A DNA stretch of 14,159 bases, from the NCBI RefSeq assembly GCF_000196355.1, contig NC_007617.1, positions 1 to 14,159 on the forward strand, written 5' to 3'. The notes under the pieces were generated by a model. It was not told the origin of the DNA. It did no database searches and saw only the letters and a list, made by a program, of their open reading frames with translations. This document shows, one piece after another, positions 14,087-14,159 of this stretch. The position numbers were made by a program, and so were the translations under genes. The stretch's first letter is position 1. Each line of letters opens with the position of its first letter. This DNA is from Nitrosospira multiformis ATCC 25196 (GTDB taxonomy: Bacteria > Pseudomonadota > Gammaproteobacteria > Burkholderiales > Nitrosomonadaceae).

Positions 14087-14159
14087 CCCAACTCAATAAC
14101 GTGCTACCGCTGCTGATCGGGTAGCGGTAGCTGCTCTAGAACCTCTACCAAAAACGTCT

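Noticed and set aside
14098-14135. Possible rho-independent terminator after the DUF3892-like gene (CTACCGC-N13-GCGGTAG)
   Set aside because: The stem is only 7 bp, the loop is 13 nt, and there is no following T-run. That is not enough to call a terminator.

Overview
This window reads as a mosaic plasmid segment, with a recognisable backbone and a lower-GC accessory half. All family assignments rest on motif recognition by eye; no searches were run.

Backbone:
- A small serine recombinase (890-1444).
- A HigB/HigA-type toxin-antitoxin pair (1517-2219, minus strand).
- A type Ib partition cassette: a small Walker-type ParA plus a ribbon-helix-helix partner. It is flanked on both sides by TCTAGCAGCTAGA repeats.
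- A RepA/TrfA-like initiator followed by its iterons, an AT-rich tract and a perfect DnaA box (oriV).
- A visibly GC-richer IncQ/MOBQ-like mobilisation block: a divergent accessory gene, an RSF1010-like oriT and a mobA relaxase.

Accessory half (about 8.1-14.2 kb):
- A minus-strand cluster encodes a putative lipoprotein, a 225-aa unknown protein, a 97-aa two-TM protein and a canonical trypsin-fold zymogen with no signal peptide. A 1202-bp IS3-family element interrupts this cluster.
- An XRE repressor, an ImmA/IrrE metalloprotease and a DUF3892-like gene form a second module. The same promoter/operator sequence sits in front of both of its transcription units.

The best candidates for an undescribed system are the two-TM protein plus trypsin-zymogen cluster and the XRE-ImmA-controlled DUF3892 module. 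A second iteron-like array with GC-rich hairpins (5517-5764) is also unexplained.
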